In this document: piece by piece, positions 37,937 through 47,119 of the stretch
Position numbering within the stretch: the stretch's first letter is position 1
How the letters are laid out: each line of letters starts with the position of its first letter
Virus record (IMG/VR): IMGVR_UViG_3300008107_006173
Length of the DNA: 64,000 nt
Origin: a virus
Taxonomy: Duplodnaviria; Caudoviricetes
Strand: one strand, 5' to 3'
Made by a program: the position numbers and the translations under genes
The notes under the pieces: model-generated
What the model was told of the DNA's origin: nothing
Database searches by the model: none
What the model saw: the letters and a program-made list of their open reading frames with translations, nothing else

Positions 37937-38095
37937 TTACCAGTGCCTTATAACATTCACAATGAGAAAAATGTTTGCTATCACAGCTTGAGCAATTAAA
38001 AAAGTTCTAATCCAAGCAATCCTATCAGCTTCATTATCGGAAGAACTAGCCTTTTCCCCTAGAGCCTTTGCCCATAGTCTCCATACAGCTTTCAT
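37937..38095 (-). CDS. Small membrane protein (52 aa, absent from ORF track)
   Basis: MKAVWRLWAKALGEKASSSDNEADRIAWIRTFLIAQAVIANIFLIVNVIRHW. Confidence 0.65.
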   Translation of the reverse strand: MKAVWRLWAKALGEKASSSDNEADRIAWIRTFLIAQAVIANIFLIVNVIRHW

Positions 38096-38097
38096 GT

Positions 38098-38529
38098 TTA
38101 GCCCTTATATCTTTCTGCAAGGTATCTATCGTGCCGTCTCCAGATACCATTACCGTCGATGAACCCCCATTCGCGTACAGTTGGTCCTGGGATAAACATA
38201 GTCCAAGTATCAACTTCAGGCACTAGTTCAACTCGGTGCAGAGATTTTGATCCAGCCCAATTAATTGTGCCAGCACCCCTCCAGAACTTGCCTTTGGGAG
38301 TATGCTCCCAATATCCGCCTCGGAGGATAATAGTAATAAACGGCCACGGATGATCGTGTAAATCGTCCGGGTCGCTCCTATGAAAGTTATGCAAAAAGAT
38401 ATTGAAAGGAAACCACTTACGGTCTTTCAAAAATAGATAGTAGCGTGTCAGGTAAGGTTCTTGGCTTTCTCGATCGAGAATTACACGCTTTCTGCCAAGT
38501 CGCTCTAGAAGTTTTAGAAACATGTACAC
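38098..38529 (-). CDS. Cupin-fold phage protein
   Basis: FLHNFHRSD.DDLHDHPW, GGYWE, HRVEL. Confidence 0.75.
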   Translation of the reverse strand: MYMFLKLLERLGRKRVILDRESQEPYLTRYYLFLKDRKWFPFNIFLHNFHRSDPDDLHDHPWPFITIILRGGYWEHTPKGKFWRGAGTINWAGSKSLHRVELVPEVDTWTMFIPGPTVREWGFIDGNGIWRRHDRYLAERYKG

Positions 38530-38561
38530 AGTATACTGTCAACGACAGGGTTTGTCAAGCA

Positions 38562-38855
38562 CTAAGAATTATATAATAATCTCGCTAATGCAAAAACATC
38601 AATGACTGTTAACATGATATAATTTGCCAACATTCCTGTGCTGCCCCTGGTATACGCACAATAAGCAAACACCGCACAATGGGCTATAAACATCGGATAT
38701 AGAATTAGAAATGGGGGATTAGGTAAAGTGAATGCCATAATAATACTGCATCCAATACTATTTACCCAGGCTGTAATCTCGAGGACTGTGCGGATTTTAT
38801 TCTCTGCCCAATCCTCTCGAATGTATTCAACAACTGACGTTATGAGTGCTTTCAT
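38562..38855 (-). CDS. Small membrane protein
   Basis: Three hydrophobic segments. Confidence 0.7.
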   Translation of the reverse strand: MKALITSVVEYIREDWAENKIRTVLEITAWVNSIGCSIIMAFTLPNPPFLILYPMFIAHCAVFAYCAYTRGSTGMLANYIMLTVIDVFALARLLYNS

Positions 38856-39070
38856 TCGCCAATTGGAAAGTGGTTCTTAAGTGCATCCAGTTTATCTTCA
38901 TATTCTGCAATCTGTGCAAGCTCAAGCTCAATAGCTGTCATGATATCTGTGTGATCATGGATAGCAATTGGGTTGCTTAGGATAACTTCGATGTTCATTT
39001 TATGCTTTTGAATATGAGATTCAAAATGAGCAGCACTTGCTCGGATTAGGTTTTTTCTAAGTAGTTCCAT
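38852..39070 (-). CDS. Hypothetical phage protein
   Basis: 72-aa helical ORF. Confidence 0.7.
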   Translation of the reverse strand: MELLRKNLIRASAAHFESHIQKHKMNIEVILSNPIAIHDHTDIMTAIELELAQIAEYEDKLDALKNHFPIGE

Positions 39071-39839
39071 AATATTCTAACCTTTCGATGTCTTGTTCGT
39101 TAGTTTCGCTGCCATATTGTATTTCAATAATGACTAAATCGTCTTTGCTTTCGTTGTAAAGTTGATGCCATTCGCCTTGCTTTACAATAAAAATATCGTG
39201 CTGATAAATGTCTGTAAGCGAATAGTTATTTAAAGGTTCAGCATCTTTAGAATGTTTAACTACACCCTTACCAGAACGCACAAACCAAACTTCACTACGC
39301 TTAAAATGTCGCTGGTAACTGATGCCTTGACCAGGCTTGACAACAAGTTCCTTGACTTTGCAGCCAGTAGTAGTATAGAGATCTGCAAACTTGCCCCAAA
39401 CACGCTCTTCGGTGTAGTTAGCTAGAGCATCACGCAAGATCCAACTGCTACTGTTTGCTTTATATTCTCCACCAATACCAAACTTGAATTCTATGCCTTC
39501 AACGGACATTTCAGGAATATTTTCTTTAGTACGGTCGCCGCCGTTGCAAAAAATAATCTTATCGTAGGGAAAATGTTTTTTTATTTTTTTCAATCCACTG
39601 ATTGCAGTATTATCAGTATCATCAAAATCTAAAACATGAGCAACATTTTTAAAGTTTTCTAGGATATTCTTTCTTTCAGCATAGGGCATAAAAGGCTTAC
39701 CTTTTTTACGAGTAAGCCATTCATCGCTGTTTAACAAAACAACAACTTGACCAAAGCGAGCAGCATCGTTGATCATAGCAATATGACCACTATGGACAGG
39801 ATCAAATCCTCCACTTACTACCACAATATTCTGAGACAT
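39057..39839 (-). CDS. Cytidylyltransferase fused to type II mannose-6-phosphate isomerase cupin
   Basis: SGGFDPVHSGH, FCNGGDR, KANSSS; then ERVWG, ISYQRHFKRSEVW, GEWHQL, IEIQYG. Confidence 0.9.
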   Translation of the reverse strand: MSQNIVVVSGGFDPVHSGHIAMINDAARFGQVVVLLNSDEWLTRKKGKPFMPYAERKNILENFKNVAHVLDFDDTDNTAISGLKKIKKHFPYDKIIFCNGGDRTKENIPEMSVEGIEFKFGIGGEYKANSSSWILRDALANYTEERVWGKFADLYTTTGCKVKELVVKPGQGISYQRHFKRSEVWFVRSGKGVVKHSKDAEPLNNYSLTDIYQHDIFIVKQGEWHQLYNESKDDLVIIEIQYGSETNEQDIERLEYYGTT

Positions 39840-39840
39840 A

Positions 39841-40227
39841 TTACTGCTTATTGCGTGATCGTATCAAGTTAGTAAGCATGGTCTCGCGATCGAGAACCTT
39901 ACGGCGCTTACGCTTGCTTTTCATGTATTTCAAATCACCAGATGCGCGGTCTTGCCACACCCCAGCCATTCTCATTTTGTTAACTTCTTTTTGCCAACGC
40001 TTCTTAGCTGATTCTTTTGCACGCTTGCGCTTCACGCCTGGTTTTTCATAAAACTCGTGTTTAGCTAGATCTTTTTGGAAATCATTACGCTCGAGAATTT
40101 TCTTCATCTTTCTCAGCGCATAGTTAACATCATTGTTTCTTACTTCTACTTTAGAACCAGTAAAATGCTTCTCATTCTCGTTGCCTGCGCTACGATCGAA
40201 ATTACGATTCTCAGTCCACTTCTTCAT
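39841..40227 (-). CDS. rpsU: Ribosomal protein bS21 with N- and C-terminal extensions
   Basis: VEVRNNDVNYALRKMKK...HEFYEKPGVKRKRAK. Confidence 0.85.
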   Translation of the reverse strand: MKKWTENRNFDRSAGNENEKHFTGSKVEVRNNDVNYALRKMKKILERNDFQKDLAKHEFYEKPGVKRKRAKESAKKRWQKEVNKMRMAGVWQDRASGDLKYMKSKRKRRKVLDRETMLTNLIRSRNKQ

Positions 40228-41485
40228 TTATGCCTCTGTATGTTTTATACTGTGTGTCAATTTCAGTCCTGCCATCTTCGTATTTTAGAATTGGTGCATG
40301 ACTACTTGACACTGGATACTTATCAAGTATTATTTCAACTACGCCTTGTTTTTTGAGTTCGGGTGCTCTGTACATAATATTGATTAGAGTTTCCTCCACA
40401 ACACCCTTTAACGCTCTAGCGCCAAGTTTTCTCTTTATAGCAAGTGTTGCTGCCGTTCGTATGAACTCGTCCCCGAACGACAATTTAAGATTATCTATTT
40501 CTAATAGTTTTTGGTTCTGCTTTAGAATGCTGTTTTTCACGGATGTTAGCACATGAATTAACTGTTCGTCAGACAGCTTGTCTAGTGGTGCAATAATTGG
40601 TAAGCGACCTAATATTTCAGGAATTAATCCATAGTCAATTAAATCTTCAGCTGAAACAGATCGTAACAAGTTCTGCTTTTCTGCTTCGGTAATTACCTTA
40701 GCGCCAAACCCAATTGTACTTGACTTGCGTAATCTGCGTTCAATATTCTTTTCAATACCAACAAACGCACCACCTACTATAAACAACACATTAGTTGTGT
40801 CAAAGTCTATATAATCGTCAGCATACTTTTTACCAGTTGATATTTTTACTTTGGTAGTTGTACCCTCAATTAACCGTAGTAATGCTTGCTGTACACCCTC
40901 ACCACTTACATCGCGAGTAGCAACATTGCTTTCACTGCGTCTTGCTTTTTTATCAATTTCGTCAATGTATACTATGCCCTTTTGTGCAAGGTCAATGTCA
41001 AAGTCGGCAATAGTTAATAGTCGTTCTAGAACACTTTCAACGTCTTCGCCTACATAACCTGCTTCAGTTAGTGTAGTAGCATCAGCAATGGCGAACGGAA
41101 CATTTAATTTCTTAGCCAATGTCTTAGCAAATAGTGTTTTACCTGTGCCGGTAGGTCCAATTAGAAGTACATTGGTTTTTTCAAGTTCTATGGTTTCGTC
41201 ATCGGACAGCACACGCTTATAATGATTATATGCGCTGACGCTTAGTAGTTCTTTGGCACTTTCATGGCCAATGATATACTCGTCTAGGTGTTCCTTAATT
41301 TCTTTTGGACTAGGTAGTGTGCCAAAATCTGATTCTTCTTCTGGCTTGTCTATTTTTTGAACAATGTTGTAACTTAAAACAACACATTCGTTGCAGATAT
41401 AAACATTAGGGCCTGCGATAAGTTTTTCAACGCTGTCCCTGCTTTTCCCGCAAAAACTGCAATTTAGCATTTTGGTTTCTGGCAT
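40211..41485 (-). CDS. clpX: ClpX ATPase
   Basis: CSFCGK..CNEC zinc finger, [38 protein letters not shown] loop, LGARAL. Confidence 0.97.
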   Translation of the reverse strand: MPETKMLNCSFCGKSRDSVEKLIAGPNVYICNECVVLSYNIVQKIDKPEEESDFGTLPSPKEIKEHLDEYIIGHESAKELLSVSAYNHYKRVLSDDETIELEKTNVLLIGPTGTGKTLFAKTLAKKLNVPFAIADATTLTEAGYVGEDVESVLERLLTIADFDIDLAQKGIVYIDEIDKKARRSESNVATRDVSGEGVQQALLRLIEGTTTKVKISTGKKYADDYIDFDTTNVLFIVGGAFVGIEKNIERRLRKSSTIGFGAKVITEAEKQNLLRSVSAEDLIDYGLIPEILGRLPIIAPLDKLSDEQLIHVLTSVKNSILKQNQKLLEIDNLKLSFGDEFIRTAATLAIKRKLGARALKGVVEETLINIMYRAPELKKQGVVEIILDKYPVSSSHAPILKYEDGRTEIDTQYKTYRGINEEVD

Positions 41486-42072
41486 TATTTCTTACCTATG
41501 TATCGTTTGTCTGTTGTGTTTGAAGGATCTTGTTTTGGTAAAGGCACCGCCCAGAAACCAATCTTTTTCCTTACTTCGTCTTCTGAACTTTTTTGTAAAA
41601 TTTCAAATATCTGATCTACAGTAAGGTCCTCTTTGTTAAATTCACTTTGTGCTAATAATCTAGCAGCATGTTTTAAATCACCAGTTGCAGCCTTTTCAAC
41701 TTCTACAGGTACTTCAACTTGTACCTCTACGATCTTTTCAACTATCTCTGGCTGTTTATTTACTACTTGTTCTAGCTCATCGATGTGTTTTTTTAGTTTT
41801 TTATTATCTTCAGTGAGACTGTTTTTCTCTCTAGTGATCTTAATAATTTTTTCTACAGTTTCCTTGTCAACTTCTATTACCCTTTGCGGTACAATGACTT
41901 CTTTTATTACTTCAACAGGAACTTCAATTATTTTTTCAACTTCTACGATCTTTTCAACAGGTTTTTCAATCTCAACGATGCGTTCAGGACCGGGGACTTC
42001 GACCAATCTGTCAATGTACTCCACAACTGTTTTGGGTTTTTCAGTGAGTAATCTTTCCAGCTCAAGGATCTT
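41485..42072 (-). CDS. EKIVEV-repeat region; probable -1 frame continuation of the 43016 gene
   Basis: Frame open from the A9 run to 41485; GTG at 42024 has no SD. Confidence 0.7.
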   Translation of the reverse strand, partial: KILELERLLTEKPKTVVEYIDRLVEVPGPERIVEIEKPVEKIVEVEKIIEVPVEVIKEVIVPQRVIEVDKETVEKIIKITREKNSLTEDNKKLKKHIDELEQVVNKQPEIVEKIVEVQVEVPVEVEKAATGDLKHAARLLAQSEFNKEDLTVDQIFEILQKSSEDEVRKKIGFWAVPLPKQDPSNTTDKRYIGKK

Positions 42073-43016
42073 TTTTTTTGGTCTTGCTCTTCAAAATCCA
42101 AAGGTATTTGCTTGTCTTCTATATCTGGGTCAATTTCAGTGCTGACAGAATCTTCTTTGATTTCATCATCTTTATCTTTTGGCTTAGGCTCTGGATCTGG
42201 TTCTGGTTTTTCTAAATGTATACCATGTCTACTCAGCGACTGGTTAGCAGCAATTAATAGTGCAACAGCCAATGGATCAAAGACTGCTACTAGTAAAATG
42301 ATCATCCATCGAACAGCTCGCTCTAGCAAATTGGCATCCGGATTATCGCCGTATATTAGTGCAGCAACATATTTGATAGGACCAACTTCAGCTTCTACTT
42401 TTCGTAGTTCGCCGGCGATCGGTGCCTTTTCTTCTCGTAGTTTAGCAATTTCACTATTAGACTTTTCAATTTCTTGTTGGGATTTTGTAATCTCACCCTG
42501 TAATGCTCTGCGTTCTGATGCTTGTCCGCGGCGAATTTGTATAGAACGCTCAGCACTTGCTTCACTAGTTCCGCGATCCAATCTAGCACTAACTTGAGCA
42601 TCCATCTGCCCTAGAGTAGCTCTAGCAGCGGTAATATTTTCGCGCTGCGATTTTATGTTGTCTTCCTGTATTGAAATGCGCTCATCAATTAACTGCACTT
42701 GAGCAGCCACATCACCTGTGGGTACAGCTTTATCTAAGTGCGCCTTGGATAGATAACCAAAGATACCTAATGATGTAATAATCATTAGTACAAATACAGC
42801 AACAGTTAGATATGTTTTTAAAAAGTAACCGGTTTGTTTCCAGTTACGATATAGCCAACTAGCGGTAACAAGTTTGGCTACTTCTAGGCTACCTGCCATA
42901 ACGGCTACTGCTAATGCAGCACCGCTAAAGATTGCCATTAGTCCAGCGATACTAAAATATGCAGCGATGGCTGCAACCAGTAATGAAGTAAGTAGTGCTA
43001 CGATTCCAATTCCCAT
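41943..43016 (-). CDS. Multi-TM coiled-coil membrane protein (zero-frame product)
   Basis: Three N-terminal TMs, long coiled coil, TM, PEPDPEP linker; TATTTAT at 43022-43028. Confidence 0.85.
   Translation of the reverse strand: MGIGIVALLTSLLVAAIAAYFSIAGLMAIFSGAALAVAVMAGSLEVAKLVTASWLYRNWKQTGYFLKTYLTVAVFVLMIITSLGIFGYLSKAHLDKAVPTGDVAAQVQLIDERISIQEDNIKSQRENITAARATLGQMDAQVSARLDRGTSEASAERSIQIRRGQASERRALQGEITKSQQEIEKSNSEIAKLREEKAPIAGELRKVEAEVGPIKYVAALIYGDNPDANLLERAVRWMIILLVAVFDPLAVALLIAANQSLSRHGIHLEKPEPDPEPKPKDKDDEIKEDSVSTEIDPDIEDKQIPLDFEEQDQKKRSLSWKDYSLKNPKQLWSTLTDWSKSPVLNASLRLKNLLKRS
42071..42079 (-). other. A9 slippery run (candidate -1 frameshift or transcriptional slippage site)
   Basis: CAA AAA AAA AGA in frame 0; AAG ATC CTT GAG in -1 frame. 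Confidence 0.6.
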
Positions 43017-43077
43017 GCATATATTTATCTTTCTTTAATCCCTCTGCGCTGTTAAAACTATACATAAATATCGAGTA

Positions 43078-44358
43078 ATGCTATACATTGAAAAAATTTC
43101 TTTACCACATATACCAGGCTTCTCAAAGGCTGGTTTAATAGACACTTTTTTGTCTGACCATAACAATGATTTCTATTTAAGTTTTTGGAACAAAGATTGT
43201 AACATACTAGGCAGCACCATTGCATCCCAGCTAAAAAATCATAATATTTTTCTAGGTAGAAAGTTTGGCACAACGGGTGCATCTATATACCAAGCAATAT
43301 TAGACAACACTAATACAGTTTACGAAATCAGTGATGCGGATATTTCGATGATCCCGGCACATTTGCTAAAACAGTTTCTTACAAACTGTACAGTTCTCAT
43401 TCACGATTATAATGAGGGAGGTTCATTTATTTGCGGTAAAAATAATCTTTTAGAGTTGCTTGAAAAACTGAACTTTGTACCTAAGAAAATATATCTACAT
43501 ACATCAAACTACAATTTTAAGAATACAAATTTAACAAATGTAGTGGTACTGCCATACTCGGATATGTTTGCAATTTATACCGCATGTTCAGTCCCGGAGT
43601 TAGTTGATGATCAAATAAAACGTCAGGCTCGATTGGACGCATTAGAATCTATCAGATCGTGCAGAGATTTTCAATATCACGCTATGGTATATAATAGAAA
43701 GCCACGCTATCATAGAGTAAGTTTACTGGCAGAACTAGACACGCTAAACATATTGGACCAATGCTTTTGGACATTAGCATGGAATAAGGAAGGCGATATT
43801 ATAGCGAACGATTGGATAAAAAGTCCAAATGTGCTAAGACATCAAACTGCTATCGCTAATAAATCAGTTAAAACAGTAAACGAATTTTTAGACAAATACA
43901 TGGATACTTTACCTAAAGTATTACCTAATGCGCCCTGTAAGGATCTCAGCGGTAGCCGCTACATAGATTTGACTTGGAGCGAGAAAGTTAAATGGGGCAC
44001 AGCAGTCGAAGTGTTTAATTACACTAATTCTGATTACCCGAATCCACAGGGCTTCCTGTCAGAAAAAACCTGGAGGTATTTTCTATTAGGAATTCCACCA
44101 TTAATTATCAGTGCTAGTGGTGCAAATACATCGTTGAAAGAATTAGGCATGCAAATTGTAGATGCCGTTGACGATACGCTAGAAGGTGATCAGCGAGTGC
44201 AAACTATTGCAAAATTCTTATCAGATGATTTTCATAGCACTATAATTGATCACAAAGAACTCAAAAAAATGTCCTTGAGAAACTTTGAATTAGTTACTGA
44301 TAAAAACTTTTTAGCTTCTATTGTAACTAATAGTCTCAAGGACATTAAGTTAAGTTAG
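43078..44358 (+). CDS. Putative GT-B glycosyltransferase (GT10-like C-terminus)
   Basis: YNRKPRYHR..L, GFLSEKTWRYFLLG.PPLI; paralog of 57624; ATAAATA at 43064. Confidence 0.5.
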   Translation: MLYIEKISLPHIPGFSKAGLIDTFLSDHNNDFYLSFWNKDCNILGSTIASQLKNHNIFLGRKFGTTGASIYQAILDNTNTVYEISDADISMIPAHLLKQFLTNCTVLIHDYNEGGSFICGKNNLLELLEKLNFVPKKIYLHTSNYNFKNTNLTNVVVLPYSDMFAIYTACSVPELVDDQIKRQARLDALESIRSCRDFQYHAMVYNRKPRYHRVSLLAELDTLNILDQCFWTLAWNKEGDIIANDWIKSPNVLRHQTAIANKSVKTVNEFLDKYMDTLPKVLPNAPCKDLSGSRYIDLTWSEKVKWGTAVEVFNYTNSDYPNPQGFLSEKTWRYFLLGIPPLIISASGANTSLKELGMQIVDAVDDTLEGDQRVQTIAKFLSDDFHSTIIDHKELKKMSLRNFELVTDKNFLASIVTNSLKDIKLS

Positions 44359-44915
44359 CCTTCGTATACTGCGCTGTTAGCACTATGTTCGAATACTTCT
44401 GCACTACGCAGGCGTACACCCTGTCCTACAGGATAGCGGCAGCTAAATGTCTTACCATTAGGTAGTGTGTAACTCTCACCACGCTGGTAAGTCTCGAGAA
44501 TTTCTTGCATGGTCTTATATACAAGCTCTGCAAACTTTTCGCAGCCTACACCTTCGACAACACGCAAATCACATAATGCGCCCCTCTCGTTGGGCTTGTC
44601 ACTGGTTGGATCGTTGAATGCTCCGATAGTAACGATGTCGTTCATCTGTTTAAAGAAAGGTAGATGAGGATCATCATGACCAACAATTAGAGTATGATCA
44701 AACATGTATTCTGACCATTCCTTAAATGCTTTGAGGCCGCCAAAGTCCATGACCCAGTTACGGTCGTCTAGTGTTTCACTTTCAAATACTAGTTTGATAC
44801 CTAGAGAGTATCCGTGTATCAAACTGCAATGACTATGTGAGCTGCGCCACTGTCTAAATGTGCAGCTAAGTCCGCGATCGTTCCCGTATGTTTTTGTTGA
44901 TAGATATTTTGCCAT
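44355..44915 (-). CDS. queD: 6-carboxytetrahydropterin synthase (QueD/PTPS)
   Basis: HCSLIHGY, WVMDFGGLK, FDHT, CEKFA, EVFEH. Confidence 0.9.
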   Translation of the reverse strand: MAKYLSTKTYGNDRGLSCTFRQWRSSHSHCSLIHGYSLGIKLVFESETLDDRNWVMDFGGLKAFKEWSEYMFDHTLIVGHDDPHLPFFKQMNDIVTIGAFNDPTSDKPNERGALCDLRVVEGVGCEKFAELVYKTMQEILETYQRGESYTLPNGKTFSCRYPVGQGVRLRSAEVFEHSANSAVYEG

Positions 44916-44990
44916 TGTGTATCTCCGTTAGATTATCAATGACACGCAGAGTATTTAAAGAGGGATGAGCGTCAATAAAGTCCTCTATAC
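44916..44990 (-). ncRNA. Candidate preQ1-I-like riboswitch / pseudoknot leader of queD
   Basis: AGAGG..loop..C-CCUCU-UUAAAUA; loop UGACGC pairs with GUGUCA; promoter TTGACA-N16-TATAAT at 44996-45023. Confidence 0.45.
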
Positions 44991-45036
44991 TTTATATTAT
45001 ATATCATCCCTCTGTTTTGTCAAGTAATTTTTTAGG

Positions 45037-45150
45037 TTACTTCCTTAGCATTCCTAAAACTTTTTCTTTTATCATCTTTGCCCAAATTGGTTCTGGGAAA
45101 TGCCAACCAACAAATGCGCCAACCAAAATCCAAAATAATGTATCTAACAT
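45037..45150 (-). CDS. Small membrane peptide (37 aa)
   Basis: MLDTLFWILVGAFVGWHFPEPIWAKMIKEKVLGMLRK, GGAG RBS. Confidence 0.65.
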   Translation of the reverse strand: MLDTLFWILVGAFVGWHFPEPIWAKMIKEKVLGMLRK

Positions 45151-45166
45151 GGTATACTCCTATAGA

Positions 45167-45622
45167 TTAATTACACCAGCTGGTCTTTGCTTCGCCGTAA
45201 TATTCGCGAGCATAGCCTTTTGTGATTAGAAGTTTTCTCAAACTCTGACCATCAATGATAACGTCTCCTAGTACACGACCACCATACTTGTCCCAATCCA
45301 TTAGAACAATTTCTAGCTTCTTAGCATTTGCGATTGAGTCTTTGGTAAATGATGTTGCTGCTTGACCCAACTTATCTTCAGCTGGGCATTTAGCACGGAA
45401 ACTCTTTTCAGGTGTGTCTACACCAAATACTCTGATGCTTAGTTCTTTCTTAAGTGGCGCAGGCAACCAAGGTGCTGCAAACGCAACGGTGTCACCGTCA
45501 ATAACTCTGAGTACAGTTGCATCATAAGTTACACCTGCTTTCTGTTTGCCTTCGCTTACCTGTGCAAATGATGCTGTTGAAGCAAACATTAAAACTAATG
45601 CTGCTGTTAAAAATTTAGTCAT
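45167..45622 (-). CDS. Staphylococcal nuclease-like (SNase) protein with signal peptide
   Basis: RVIDGDTV, IRVFGVDTPE, DKYGGRVLGDV, LITKGYAREY. Confidence 0.92.
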   Translation of the reverse strand: MTKFLTAALVLMFASTASFAQVSEGKQKAGVTYDATVLRVIDGDTVAFAAPWLPAPLKKELSIRVFGVDTPEKSFRAKCPAEDKLGQAATSFTKDSIANAKKLEIVLMDWDKYGGRVLGDVIIDGQSLRKLLITKGYAREYYGEAKTSWCN

Positions 45623-45628
45623 AAAAAA

Positions 45629-45672
45629 CCCCTGTGTTAGTGCTTATTTTATATTTAGCAAAAACACAGGGG
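45629..45672 (-). promoter_or_regulatory. SD-occluding hairpin with late-promoter-like motif in loop
   Basis: CCCCTGTGTT...AACACAGGGG 10-bp stem; CTAAATA in loop; 3' arm contains the SD. Confidence 0.6.
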
Positions 45673-45678
45673 CTAGTG

Positions 45679-46215
45679 TTAACCGTGTCTATAGAAGATA
45701 TGGTTTCCTATATGTGCTGTGCGTACCAACCGTCGCCACCCGGGATTTATTGATCTTTCATGAAAGAACATTGCACCGTTGGTTGGATCCTTTATGATCT
45801 TGTCTATAACAAGTAAAGCAATCTGTAAACTATCCTGCCATCTTTTGTTATACTTTTTGTTTGGTACTATATCTGATCTCCCATCGCATGTCCAACTAAA
45901 TTGACATGTTCTACTAGATCTTTGATATACTACTTTACAAATATCATTTGGATACCGTGGACTTTTTGCGCGATTCAAGGTAACATGAGCTACTGCTGCT
46001 TTACCCTTATCACTTTCACCACCTGCTTCATGATAAATGTTCGTTGCCAAACATAGAAGCTCTCGACGATCTTCGTGTGTTTCTTTATTAATTGCAACTA
46101 GATTTTCATGACTAGGTGCTGCTGCTAACGCATTAGTTGACGCAAATAAAACTCCAATGGTTAAAGCCGCGACAACATCTCTAATGGTTAGACTAATGCC
46201 TTGTTTAAGGGACAT
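45679..46215 (-). CDS. SleB-type cell wall hydrolase (Hydrolase_2)
   Basis: CLATNIYHEAGGE, VTLNR, CQFSWTCDG, GAMFFH, IGNHIFY. Confidence 0.93.
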   Translation of the reverse strand: MSLKQGISLTIRDVVAALTIGVLFASTNALAAAPSHENLVAINKETHEDRRELLCLATNIYHEAGGESDKGKAAVAHVTLNRAKSPRYPNDICKVVYQRSSRTCQFSWTCDGRSDIVPNKKYNKRWQDSLQIALLVIDKIIKDPTNGAMFFHERSINPGWRRLVRTAHIGNHIFYRHG

Positions 46216-46246
46216 TACTCCTCCTCCTTATTAATGTTTGTTCGCC

Positions 46247-46582
46247 TTACTTAAAAAATATGAGTGCCATTAACAGGGACTGACCAATAAAGCCAAATCC
46301 TAAAATAATCAATGCAACCATGTTCTTTTCTAGCAATGCTTTTAGATAGAAAAGAGCCATAGCTACCCACAGAATGATTACCATATCAATGGGGGGTGTA
46401 GTGTCTGTGAGACCGCTCATCAGCCCAAGTAAGGAAGGGACTGTAACGGCTTGTAGTGCAACTAAGCCTGTCCAGCCAAGTGTATCAACTGTGACCTGCT
46501 TAATTACGCTATTAAAGTCGGACGCAAGTTTCTTACCAAGTGTCTTAAGACTAGCTTCAATGTTGTTAAAAATGTCTTTCAT
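46247..46582 (-). CDS. Membrane protein
   Basis: Three TM segments, between two SleB genes. Confidence 0.7.
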   Translation of the reverse strand: MKDIFNNIEASLKTLGKKLASDFNSVIKQVTVDTLGWTGLVALQAVTVPSLLGLMSGLTDTTPPIDMVIILWVAMALFYLKALLEKNMVALIILGFGFIGQSLLMALIFFK

Positions 46583-46585
46583 AAC

Positions 46586-47119
46586 TTATCCTTTGTAAAA
46601 AATGTGACGACCAATTTTTGTGATCTTCTTTTTGTTCCAATTTGGATTTACATAGTCTGCATGATAGTAGAGCGCATTTGAAAGTGACTCTAGTTTAAAG
46701 TTTTCTACATAAACCATTTTTGCAACTTTATAACTTTCTTCATATAGATTCTCATCTATAACTCTTGTTCTATGACGACGGTCACAGTACCAGCTAAACT
46801 GGCAAACAACTCGCCCCACGAACTTGTTCTTTTGATAAACTACCCCACATACAGTATTGGGGAAATCAGGACTTTTAGTGCGGTTAAGTGTTACTTGTGC
46901 AACACCCACCTTTCCTTCAAAAGGTTCATTGGCCGCTTCTCTATAAATGTTTATAGCAAGACAGTCTAGATCTTTTTCAATTTGTTCAGCAGTTGCACCG
47001 CTGAAGTTGGGTTTTTCAAAAGATGCAAATTTAACTGATGTTATAACACCTGTTAATAAAATCACAAACATCAATCCCATTACTAAGATGATACTGTGCA
47101 TCGAATGTTTCATCATCAT
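46586..47119 (-). CDS. SleB-type cell wall hydrolase with N-terminal TM
   Basis: CLAINIYREAANE, CQFSWYC, YYHADYVNP.W, IGRHIFY. Confidence 0.93.
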   Translation of the reverse strand: MMMKHSMHSIILVMGLMFVILLTGVITSVKFASFEKPNFSGATAEQIEKDLDCLAINIYREAANEPFEGKVGVAQVTLNRTKSPDFPNTVCGVVYQKNKFVGRVVCQFSWYCDRRHRTRVIDENLYEESYKVAKMVYVENFKLESLSNALYYHADYVNPNWNKKKITKIGRHIFYKG

